A stretch of DNA of 64,000 nt. Source: Malacoraja senta. Its lineage: Eukaryota. Numbering within the stretch: the stretch's first letter is position 1; each line of letters opens with the position of its first letter. Made by a program: the position numbers and the translations under genes. Under the pieces are notes generated by a model. The model did not search any database, was not told where the DNA came from, and saw nothing but the letters and a program-made list of their open reading frames with translations. The DNA is taken from contig CM075996.1 in the NCBI GenBank assembly GCA_038087875.1, positions 4,838,001 to 4,902,000 on the forward strand, in the 5' to 3' direction. Below are positions 24,601 to 36,622 of this stretch, one piece after another.

Positions 24601-27600
24601 TCCATTCCCTGCATATCCATGTGTGTAACTACAAGTTTCTTAAACATCAATACTGTATCTGTCTCCACTACCACCCTGTCTGGACTTGTAGACTTCAGAG
24701 ATACAGCTGTAAGGCAGCAACCAGGGTGGTCGCTGGTCGGCGCGTACTCGAAGGGCCGACCAGCGACCACCCTGTACGCTGCCACCATCCTACACCCTAG
24801 GCACAATTTACTATTTTACCAAAGCCAGTTAACCTCTTTGGAGTGTGGGAGGAAACCGGAGCATCCGGAGTAAACCCACGCGATCACAGGGGGGAAGGTA
24901 CAAACTCTGTACAGACATAGTCAGGATTGAACCCGGGTCTCTGGCACTGTAAGGCAGCAACTCTACCGCTGCGCCACCGTGCCGTCCCAAAATAAGAAAG
25001 TGAGCACTGTGTTTTTAGTGCTGCGTAACTCTGAATTTTAGTTGATTTTGTCCAAGAGATAAAAAAATACACAAAATCACTTGAAACCGACACAATATTA
25101 TAGTAAAATGTGGTACTGAGGGCCAAGTAATATGAACATTATTACTTAGCGACTTCCCCAGACCAATTATAATGGTACACCATCAGGACGTATCATGCTC
25201 AATGGCTGGTTTTCATGGGCTTGAAGTAACAGTTCATGTTACCTTGTTTGATAGAGTATCACTGGACAAGTATCAATGGAAGCGTTGCTTGTTGATTTCG
25301 AAAGCAACTCTTTTAAGCAGCCTTCCGTGGCGAAATGGCAGCATCCATTCTGAAGAGGCAATTGTATCTGATCAGCTTTCAAAAATTACAGAATGGAAAC
25401 GGGCCTTTCTGCCCACTGAGTCCATCAATCACCTGTTCACACTCTCGACACTAAATGTTGGAGCAGCTGCGCAGGTCAGACTCATGGAGAAAATGGACGG
25501 ACAAGGTTTCGGGTCAGGACATCGCCTATCCATTTTCACCACAGATGCCGCCTGACCTGCTGGGTTACTCCAGCACTTTGTGACTATCTTTGGTATAAAC
25601 CAGCATCTGCAGTTCCTTTTTTATCACCCTTTCACACCAGTTCCACTTTCGCAACCACTCCCTACGCACAAGGGGTCAATTTGCAGAGGGCCAAATAACC
25701 TACAAACCCCGCACGACTTTGGGATGTGGGGGGGGGGGAACCGGAGCACCCGGAGAAAACCCACCCGGCCACAGGGAAGACGTGCAAACTCCACACAGAC
25801 AACACCCGTAGTCAGGATTGAACCGGGTATAGAAACGTAGCAAATAGGTGCAGGAGGAGGACATTCGGACCTTCGAGCCAGCACCGCCATTCTTTGTGAT
25901 CATGGCTGATCGTCCCCTATCAATAACCCGTGCCTGCCTACTCCCCATATCCCTTGATTCCACTAGCTCCTAGAGCTCTATCTGACTCTCTCTTAAATCC
26001 ATCCAGTGACTTGGCCTCCACTGCTCTCTGTGGCAGGGAATTCCACAAATTCACAACTCTCTGGGTGAAAAAGTTTTTTCTCAACTCAGTCTTAAATGGC
26101 CTCCCCTTTATTCTAAGACTGTGGCCCCTGGTTCTGGACTCGCCCAACATTGGGAACATTTTTCCTGCATCTAGCTTGTCCAGTCCTTTTATAATTTTAT
26201 ATGTTTTTATAAGACCCCCCCCCCTTCATCCTATCTGGTGCGGTGAGACAGCGGGTCTACTGCGGGGGAGGTTTGCGTGTGAACGTTTTTTTGTGAACGA
26301 AGGGCCTCCGCTTCATGTTTCCCGGCTGCAGCCTGTCGAACATCCCGCTGACGCCGGAGAGCCAGCGCGACCACGATCGCCGCATCCGCCGGGAGATCGC
26401 CAACAGCAACGAGCGGCGGCGCATGCAGAGCATCAACGCCGGCTTCCAGTCGCTCAAGGTGCTGCTGCCCCACACCGACGGTGAGAAGCTGAGCAAGGTC
26501 AGTGTCACTCCACGCGGCCCGGCCCTTCCTTCCTCCCATTCACCGAGCTGCCGCTGCCTCCGCTCACTGCTGGACAAAGGCCTTTCCTGCCCCTAGCAGC
26601 AGGGCTCCCATTCAAACACTCTTAATTACATTTCCAGAACCTGTCTCATGAAATTCAAGTGATCGGAGCAGAATTGGGCCATTTGGCCCCTCAAGTCTAC
26701 TCCGCCATGGCTGATCTATCTCTCACTCCTAACCCCATTCTCCTGCCTTAGAAACATAGAAAATAGGTGCAGGAGCAGGCCATTTGGCCCTTCAAGCCAG
26801 CACCGCCATCCAATATGATCATGGCTGATCGTCCAGAATCAGTACTCTGTTGTGCAAGAAGGATCTGCACCTGCTGGTTTAAACTGAAGATAGACTGAAG
26901 AAGGGTCACGAACCAAAACGTCACCCATTCCTTCTCTCCAGAGATGCTGCCTGTCCCACTCAGTTACTCCAGCTTTTTGTGTCTATCATCAGTGCCCACG
27001 TTCCTGCTTTCTCCCCATAACCCTTGATTCCGTTGGCCCTAAGAGCTTGATCTAACTCTCTCTTGAATACATCCAGTGAATTGGCCTCCACTGCCTTCTG
27101 TGGCAGAGAATTCCACAGATTCACAACTCTCTGGCTGAAAAGGTTGTTCCTCGTCTCAGTCCTAAATGGCCCACCCCTTATTCTTAAACAGTGACCCCTG
27201 GTTCTGGACTCCCCCAACATCGGCCTTCTCTCCATGACCCCTGACACCCGTACTAATCATGTCACCCCCGACAGACCCGTGTAATCAACTGTGTGGTGCT
27301 ACGTTCAAGTTGAGGCCCTGTTTGTTTCCCCCAGCCTGGGTCTTTATTTACCTCCCATCCACTTCTTACCCCTCACGTAGGAATGTAGCGGAGATAGAGT
27401 TCGGGGGGAGAGTTCCCGGTGAACAGGGATTGTTCGACGTACCCTACAAAGAGGGGTGCACAGCTGGGGCCGATTCAAGTGCCCACGGCTACGCCTTGGA
27501 TTTGGAGGAAGTGGGTGGAGTCGAAGGAGAAGTTTATATTTAATGTAGCGGAAATAGAGTTCTGGATTTTTTTTCAACGTAGTGGACTGTAGCGTCTGAA

Positions 27601-30600
27601 GAAGGGTCTCGACCCGAAACGTCACCTATTCTTTTTCTTCAGAGATGCTGCCTGTTACTCCAGCATTTTGTGTCTATCTTCGGTTTAAACCAGCATCTGC
27701 AGTTCCTTCCTAAGAACAATCGAAGGTAGACAAAAATGCTGGAGAAACTCAGCGGGTGAGGCAGCGTCTATGGAGCGAAGGAATGGGTGACGTTTCGGGT
27801 CGAGACCCTTCTTCAGACCCTTCCGACGTATGTTCTGTTTATGGATTTTGGGTAGGTCTGATGGAAGGGTCTCGACCCGAAATGTCCCCTTTTTTTCTTC
27901 GGTGATGCTGCTTGACCCACTGAGTTACTCCAGCACTCTGCCCCCTGATAACTACTCTGAGCAGAGAGACCAGCAAGGTCCCAGGTCTGATCTCCAACCT
28001 CAGCCTTATGGCCTTTCAGGCATTCATCGCTGTGGACCCTTGTGAGGGAGGTCTCAGCTACAGGGGACCCTAATTTCAGATTGTAACTTATCTGTAAGAT
28101 AGTACCCCAGTATCTTGACTCTTCCAGAGGCAAGAATTAATGAACAATACTCTGCTTGTGTAGACAATAGACCATAGGTGCAGGAGTAGGCCATTCGGCC
28201 CTTCGAGCCAGCACCGCCATTCAATGTGATCATGGCTGATCATCCCCAATCAGTACCCCGTTCCTGCCTTCTCCCCATATCCCCTGACTCTGCTATTTTT
28301 AAGAGCCCTATCCAGCTCTCTCTTGAAAGCATCCAGAGAATTCCACACACTCACAACTCTCTGTGAGAACAAGTGTTTCCTCGTCTCCGTTCTAAATGGC
28401 TTACTCCTTATTCTTAAACTGTGGCCCCTGGTTCTGGTCTCCCCCAACATCGGGAACATGTTTCCTGCCTCTAGCGTGTCCAAACCCTTAACAATCTTAT
28501 ATATTTCAATGAGATGCCCTCTCATCCTTCTAACCTCCAGAGTGTACAAGCCCAGCTGCTCCATTCTCTCAGCATATGACAGTCCCGCCATCCCGGGAAT
28601 TAACCTTGTAAACCTACGCTGCACTCCCTCAATAGCAAGAATGTCCTTCCTGTGTAGGAAGGAACTGCAGATGCTGGTTTACACCAAAGATAGACATCAA
28701 AAGCAGGAGTAATTCAGCGGGACAGACAGCATCCTTGGAGAAAAGGAATGGGTGATGTTTCGGGTTGAGACCCTTCTTCAGACTGAGAGTCAGGGGAGAG
28801 GGAAAGTAGAGGGATGAAAATGTACAGAACAAATCAGAGCCGGCACCGATGGCCAAAGAAAGGAAGAGCCCACAATGGTCCATTGTTGGCTGTGAAAGAG
28901 GTGATATGGAGGGATATGAACAGTGAAACTAGCAGGATGACTAGGGTGGGGGAGGGATGGAGAGAGAGGGAATGCCGGCGTAAAACCCCTGTCCCACGGT
29001 ACGAGTTCATTCCAAGAGTTCTCCCCGGGTTTGCCCTGCTTTGAACTCGGAGATTTACGGTAATGGCCACTCGTCGGTACTCGGGGCTCTCGTGGACATG
29101 TTTCAACATGTTGAAAAATCTTCACGAGTCTTCCCGTGCTTACCTGCTGTTAGCGAGTCTTCCCGAGTACCTGCTGTTCACGTTACAAGCCGGTAAGAGA
29201 CTTCCCCGAGCTCCGACGTACCCGCTACGTTCATTCCCCATGCTTACCACGAGTTTGATTTTTTAAAACTCGGGAGAGCTCTTGGAATGAACTCGTACAG
29301 TGGGACAGGGCTATTACTCCGCACGGCTCTGTGGACGGGAGATCTGACCAAAGAGGACACGTTGTGTGTTGATGAGGACGATGCGTGTAGTTTAGATGGA
29401 CTTCAATAAAGCCTTTGATGAGTTCCTACATCGGGGATTGCTCCTAAATACAAGAGCATAGCCATTCAGGGTGATTTGACAAACAAATTGTCCTGGTGTT
29501 AGGAAGCAGGGGAAGGCGATTCACATAGTTGCAGCATTTTACAGCAGGGAAACAGGCCCTTTGGCCCAACTCAGCCATCCCACACCAGGCCCTCTGTCCC
29601 ACTGTGTCCATGCTGACCATCTATCTCAGCTAGTGTTTGGCCCATATCCTTCTAAACCTTCACCATCCATGCATTCTAACTTGCCCGTGTTTGGCCCATA
29701 TCTTTCTAAACCTTCACCATCCATGCATCTGCCCGATTGTCTTTTAAACATTGTGTTTGTACCCGTTCTTACAGCTTCCTCTGATAGCTCGTTCCATACG
29801 CCCAACCACCCTCCATGTGGGAAAAGTAATCCCTCGTGTCCGCACCCTCTCACTGTAAATCTGCACCCTCTAAATTTAGACTGCTCTGTCGGGGAGAAGA
29901 ATACTTATTTCGTGGCAGTCGTGATTTTATACACATCTGTGAGGTCATCACTCAATCTAGAAAGCTCCAGGGAAAATAGTGCCAGCTTCTCTTTTTGAGT
30001 TCTCGATTCCTGGTAACGTCCCCTGTGAATCTTTTCCGTGCCTTTTCCATCCTAATGATATTCTTTGCAGCAGGGCAACGCAGAACTGCGCACAATACTC
30101 CCCAAGTGTGGTCTCGTCGAGGTCTTGTACAGTCGCAACTTAATGTCCCAACTCCAGCGCTCAATACCATGAGCGGTAAAGACAAATGCGCCCAAATTGA
30201 AGCGTGGGAGGAAACCGGGGCACCCGGGGGAAACCCACACGGCCACAGGGAGAACGTGCAAACTCCATACAGACAGCACCCATAGTCGTGATTGAAGGCA
30301 GGTCTCTGGCGCTGTGAGGCAGCAACTCTAATGCCGTGCCACCCGTTGCCCTACTGCCTCTGTGGGGTGCTATATATAAATGCAGTGTTGCGGTGAAGGC
30401 GATAGAATCTCGGGAGCAAATGCATTGCCCGTCTCTCTCCCTGCAGGCTGCGATCCTACAGCAGACGGCAGAATACATCTTTGCCCTGGAGGAGGACAAG
30501 ACACGGCTGATGCAGCAGAATGCACATCTGAAGCGGCTGGTGCAGGTGAGCTGCAGCAAGCATGGATATCGCAGCACAGGTGGTGCTGCAGTAACGCAGT

Positions 30601-33600
30601 GGTCGCATTTCTCACCAAGATAGAGCGTGGCGTTTCAAAAATCAATTCTGCCTGTTGGGAACCGGGAGTTGGGAGTCAACGAGTTTTTTAGACTCGCAAC
30701 AACAAAGTTGTTTTTCCCTGCGGGACTTTCAAAAGCAAAGGTTTTATTTAATCACATTAAAGTAATTTTCGTTGCTGGAAGCTAAATGAAGGTCTTCATT
30801 ACATTGTTTAGTGGAGTAACATTGGCCAAGTGTCACTGGAAGTGATTGCTTGGCAATTTCAATGGCTTGCCAACGCGTACGACTTTGGGACGTGGGAGGA
30901 AACTGGAGCACCAAGGGGTGAGGGCAGGGGACCCACAGCGGTCACAGGGAGAACATGCAAACTCCACACGGAGAGCATGGGAGATCAGGGTGTTCACGGG
31001 TCACTGGTGCAGCGAGGTTGCAGCACGATTGGGCGGCACAGTGGTAGAATTGCTTCCTCACAGCGCCAGAGACCCGGATTCCATACTGACTACGGGTGCT
31101 GCCTGTATAACCATATAACCATAACAGCACGGAAACACGCCATCTCGGCCCTTCAAGTCCGTGCCGAACACTTTTGTAAATCAAATTTTTATTTATTTAT
31201 TTATTTATTTATTATTTATTTATTTTTTACTTCCCCCTAGTCCCATCTACCTGCACTCAGACCATAACCCTCCATTCCTTTCCCGTCCATATACCCATCC
31301 AATCTATTTTTAAAGGATAAAATCGAACCTGCCTCCACCACTTCCCCTGGAAGCTCATTCCACACAGCTACCACTCTCTGAGTAAAGAAGTTACCCCTAA
31401 TGTTACCCCTAAACTTCTGTCCCTTAATTCTCAAGTCATGTCCCCTTGTTTGAATCTTCCCTACTCTCAATGGGAAAAGCTTATCCACGTCAACTCTGTC
31501 TAACCCGCTCATAATTTTAAAGACCTCTATCAAGTCCCCTCTTAACCTTCTGCGCTCCAAAGAATAAAGACCTAACTTGTTCAACCTTTCTCTGTAACTT
31601 AGTTGCTGAAACCCAGGCAACATTCTAGTAAATCTCCTCTGTACTCTCTCTATTTTGTTGACATCCTTCCTATAATTAGGCGACCAAAATTGTACTCCAT
31701 ACTCCAGAATTGGCTTCACCAATGCCTTGTACAATTTTAACATTACATCCCAACTTCTATATTCAATGCTCTGATTTATAAAGGCCAGCACACCAAAAGC
31801 TTTCTTTACCACCCTATCTACATGAGATTCCACCTTCAGGGAACTATGCAGTTATTCCTAGATCCCTCTGTTCAACTGCATTCCTCAATTCGCTACCATT
31901 TACCATGTACGTCCTATTTTGATTTGTCCTGCCGAGATGTAGCACCTCACATTTATCAGCATTAAACTCCATCTGCCATCTTTCAGCCCACTCTTCCAAA
32001 TGGCCTAAATCTCTCTGTAGACTTTGAAAATCTACTTCATTATCCACAACACCACCTATCTTAGTATCATCTGCATACTTACTAATCCAATTTTCTACAC
32101 CATCATCCAGATCATTGATGTACATGACAAACAACAGTGGACCCAACACAGACCCCTGAGGCACCCCACTAGTCACCGGCCTCCAACCTGACAAACAGCC
32201 ATCCACCATTACTCTCTGGCATCTCCCATTCAGCCACTGTTGAATCCATCTTGCTACTCCACCATTAATACCCAACAATTGAATCTTCTTAACCAACCTT
32301 CCATGAGGAACCTTGTCAAGGGCCTTACTGAAGTCCATATAGACAATATCCACTGCTTTGCCCTCATCAATTTCCCTAGTAACCTCTTCGAAAAATTCAA
32401 GAAGATTAGTCAAACATGACCTTCCAGACACAAATCCATGTTGACTGTTCCTAATCAGACCCTGCTTATCCAGATGCTTATGTATATTATCTTTAAGTAT
32501 CCTTTCCATTAATTTGCTCACCACTGACGTCAAACTAACAGGTCTATAATTGCTAGGTTTACTCTTAGAACCCTTTTTAAACAACGGAACAACATGCGCA
32601 GTAGGCCAATCCTCCGGCACTATTCCCGTTTCTAATGACTTTCGAAATATTTCTGTCATAGCCCCTGCTATTTCTTCACTAACTTCCCTCAATGTCCTAG
32701 GGAATATCCTGTCAGGACCTGGAGACTTATCCGTTTTCATATTTTTCAAAAGTGTCCGCACCTCCTCTTCTTTGAATCTCATAGTTTCCATTGCTACTCT
32801 GCTCGTTTCCCTTACCTCACATAATTCCATAATCCTTCTCCTTGGTGAATACCGAAGAAAAGAAATTGTTCAATATCTCCCCCATCTCTTTTGGCTCTGC
32901 AGATAGCTGTCCACTCTGACTCTCTAATGGACCAATTTTATTCCTTGTTATCCTTTTGCTATTAATACAGCTGTAGAAACCCTTTGGATTTACTTTCACC
33001 TTACTTGCCAAAGCAACCTCATATCTTCTTTTAGCTTTTCTAATTTCTTTCTTAATATTCTTTTTACATTCTTTATACTCCTGGAGTTTGTACGATCTCC
33101 CCGTGACCTGCGTGAGTTTTCTCCGGGTACCCCGGTTTCTTCCCACATTCCAAAGACGCGCAGGTTTGTAGGTTAATTGGTTTTGGAAAAATTGTAAAAT
33201 TGTCCCTAGTGTGTGTAGGATAGTGCTAGTGTACGGGGATCACTGGTCGGCATGGGCCGAAGGGCCTGTTTCCGCGCTGTATCTCTAAACTAAATTACGT
33301 GGCACTGCCGTATTCCATGATTCATTTCCATGACGGCTGCAAGTTCAGATTTGCCGCACGACCTAACGAATCCTCTCGGATCCGGAGAAGCTGCCGTCCC
33401 GGCGCTCGGCAAGTCCGTGCGGAGTGAATCCGTGCCTTTTGTTGAGTCAGCGTTGGACAACGTGCTTCCCTCTGCCTTTCCCAGGAGTACTCCGGCTCCT
33501 CCCCGAAGCGGAAGCGGGGAGACGAGTCCGACGAGGGAATCGGGTCCCCGGACTCTGCGGACGAGGAGCTGGCCGAGCTGCGGCAGCTGCTGGAGAAGGA

Positions 33601-36580
33601 GCGGCTGCTGCGGATCAGCCTGGAGGAGAAGGTGCGTTGGGGTGAGGCCGTGGGTTGTCCATGGTGGGGTGGGGGTGGGGGTGGGGGTGAGGCCGTGGGT
33701 TGTCCATGCTGGGGTGGGGGTGAGGCCGTGGGTTGTCCATGGTGGGGTGGGGGTGGGGGTGGGGGTGAGGCCGTGGGTTGTCCATGCTGGGGTGGGGGTG
33801 GCGAGTGGTGGAGCCGAGCCTGGTCGGCAGCTGCTGTGTCTCCGCAGGGTTGCTCGTGCCACACAACGTGGGTGACGGAGGTGGGGGAGAGGGGGGGCCC
33901 TTTGTCACAACGAAAGGTGCAGCTGCAGGATGGACACGCACACACGCATGCAGATGCACATGCATGCGGACACGCGTGCAAGCACACACAGACACACAAG
34001 CATGACACACACGACACATGCACACACACACACACCGATACACACACACAGGCACAGACGCGCGCACACGCATGCGCACGGGCACAGACCCACACACACA
34101 CACATGCACACACACACGCACGGGCACAGACATACACACACACACTGATACACACACACACGCACGGGCACAGACCCACACTGATACACACACGCACACA
34201 CACACGCACGGGCACATGCACGCACACACTGATATACACACACACATGCATGGGCACAGACATACACACACACACTGATACACACACACACGCACGGGCA
34301 CAGACACACACACACATGCTTGGACACGTTCATAAGAAGCAGTTAATTTTTCTGAGTTGAGCCAAAGTTTGAGTTTAAGCCAAATTGCTTTTAACTAAAT
34401 ACAGAAGTGGGTGGAAGCAGGCAGCGGAAGAACAGCAGGGGGGCAAAGCTGGGGAGGGGAGATTAAATAGCAACGTGCGATAGAGCGCGGCGTTCTTAGA
34501 TGCCGAGAAATACTCCATAGTGGCTGTAAATTGTTGCTGCAGAATAATGGGGATGAGAGAAATGAGGAAGCGTTTTACTTCTATGCTCTAGATTTAGCTT
34601 AGAGACACTGCATGGACACAGGCCCTTGGGCCCATCGAGTCCATGCCGACCATCGATCACCTGTTCAAACTAGTTCTATGTTATCCCACTTTCTCATCCA
34701 CTCCCGACACACACTAGGGGTAATTTACAGAGGGCCAATTAACCTACAAACCCGCACGTCTTTGGGATGTGGGAGGAAACCGGAGCACCCGGAGGAAACC
34801 CACGCGGTCACAGGGAGAACGTGCAAACTCCACACGGACTGCACCCGAGGTCAGGATCGAACCCGTGTCTCTGGCGCTGTCAGGCAGCAGCTCTACCCGC
34901 TGCGCCACCGTGCCGCCCCGCTGAGTGGAATATCTGCAGGGCTCTGGGGCGAGACGCGGTGGGAACTTGATTCAAAGAGCTGGTGGAGGAACAAAGAGCC
35001 GAGAGGAACAGGCGGAACTTTCTTGTTGCAGGTGAAGAGCCTGGAGTCGCAGCTGCAGCCGGGGAAGCTGCAGGAGATCCTGCAGCAAGCGCAGCTGCTG
35101 CAAGAACACGACAATGCGCGGGAGCGGCGGAGGCAGCCGGGGGAGGAGCAGCAGAGATGCATCAACGCCCCGCAGGTACGGACCCGCGGGGGGAGGGGGG
35201 GGAGGGGCAGCGCGTCGGCCCATTCGCGACCGCTAGCGGGATGGCTCCACCGTCTGGCTCGAAAGCTCACGCTAGGTTTACAAGGATAATTCCCGGGACG
35301 GCGGGACTGTCATATGCTGAGAGAATGGAGCAGCTGGGCTTGTACACTCTGGAGTTTAGAAGGATGAGAGGGGATCTCATTGAAACATATAAGATTGTTA
35401 AGGGTTTGGACACGCTAGAGGCAGGAAACATGTTCCCGATGTTGGGGGAGCCCAGAACCAGGGGCCACAGTTTAAGAATAAGGGGTAAGCCATTTAGAAC
35501 GGAGACGAGGAAACACTTTTTCTCACAGAGAGTGGTGAGTCTGTAGAATTCTCTGCCTCAGAGGGCGGTGGAGGCAGGTTCTCTGGATGCTTTCAAGAGA
35601 GAGCTGGATAGGGCTCTTAAAGATAGCGGAGTCAGGGGATATGGGGAGAAGGCAGGAACGGGGTACTGATTAGGGATGATCAGCCATGATCACATTGAAT
35701 GGCGGTGCTGGCTCGAAGGGCCAAATGGCCTACTCCTGCACCTATTGTCTATTGTCTCACGATTATTAAACAAATATTAATTTAATCACTGATTGGAATA
35801 ATATATACGACACAAAGCAGCTTGGCCAGGCCTAGGAACAACCCAACCAGGTGGGTGTGAAGTGCAGCCAGAGGGCAAAGAGCAGCCCCATTAGATATTG
35901 GAGCAGGGGCTGCAGCCTCACACTCTCCATATACACGTGGAACACGGACTCTTCCAGCCCACAGTAGTGGCAGGCGGCTGGCGAGTCTGTGAACCGCGGG
36001 AGGAACAGGTTGCACGGGACTCCTCAATGCAGTACCCTCCTCCCCAGGTCCCCGATGTAGAGGGGGAGAATACGCTCCCGATCACACCCCATCCCTGCTC
36101 ACTTCCATCTCATTCAAATCTCCCTGCACCACTTCTGTGGACAGTGGAGTGTGAGCGAAGAGGTGTGCGTGAGTGTGAACAGGCAGGTGTGAACGGGTGG
36201 GTGTGCGAGGGGGTGAGCGGCCAAGGGTGAACACGTGTGAGTGTGTGGCGGGGGGGGGGGCGGTGAGCGTGAGCTGGCTAGTGCACGCGAGTGTGAGTGA
36301 GCGGCGTGCACGAGTGTGAGCGGTGAGGTTAGCGTGAGCCGGCGTGTGTGCGGACAGGTGTGTGCGGACAAGTGTGCCTAAATGTGAGGGGACAGGTGTG
36401 CGAGCAGGAGAGCGGTGCACCTGGGGTAAACCCACACAGATACAGGAGAGCATGCGGACTCCACGCAGACAGCTCCCGAGGTCAGGATAAACCTGGATCG
36501 CTGGAGCTGAGGCACAGCTCTGCCAGCTGAACCACTGTGTGCCCAGCTGTTAGCCATCTCTCGCTATCTCTCTGTCTCTG

Positions 36581-36622
<42 letters not shown>

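Noticed and set aside
33638..33801. Repeat-spacer-like pattern (CRISPR-like)
   Set aside because: Eukaryotic context, no unique spacers and no cas genes; it is a minisatellite.
33290..34360. Several overlapping 140-330 aa ORFs
   Set aside because: Minisatellite and CA repeats; only 33485-33631 is a supported exon.
34850..34917. tRNA-like sequence
   Set aside because: It is the tRNA-derived head of a SINE, continuous with the SINE body, not a tRNA gene.
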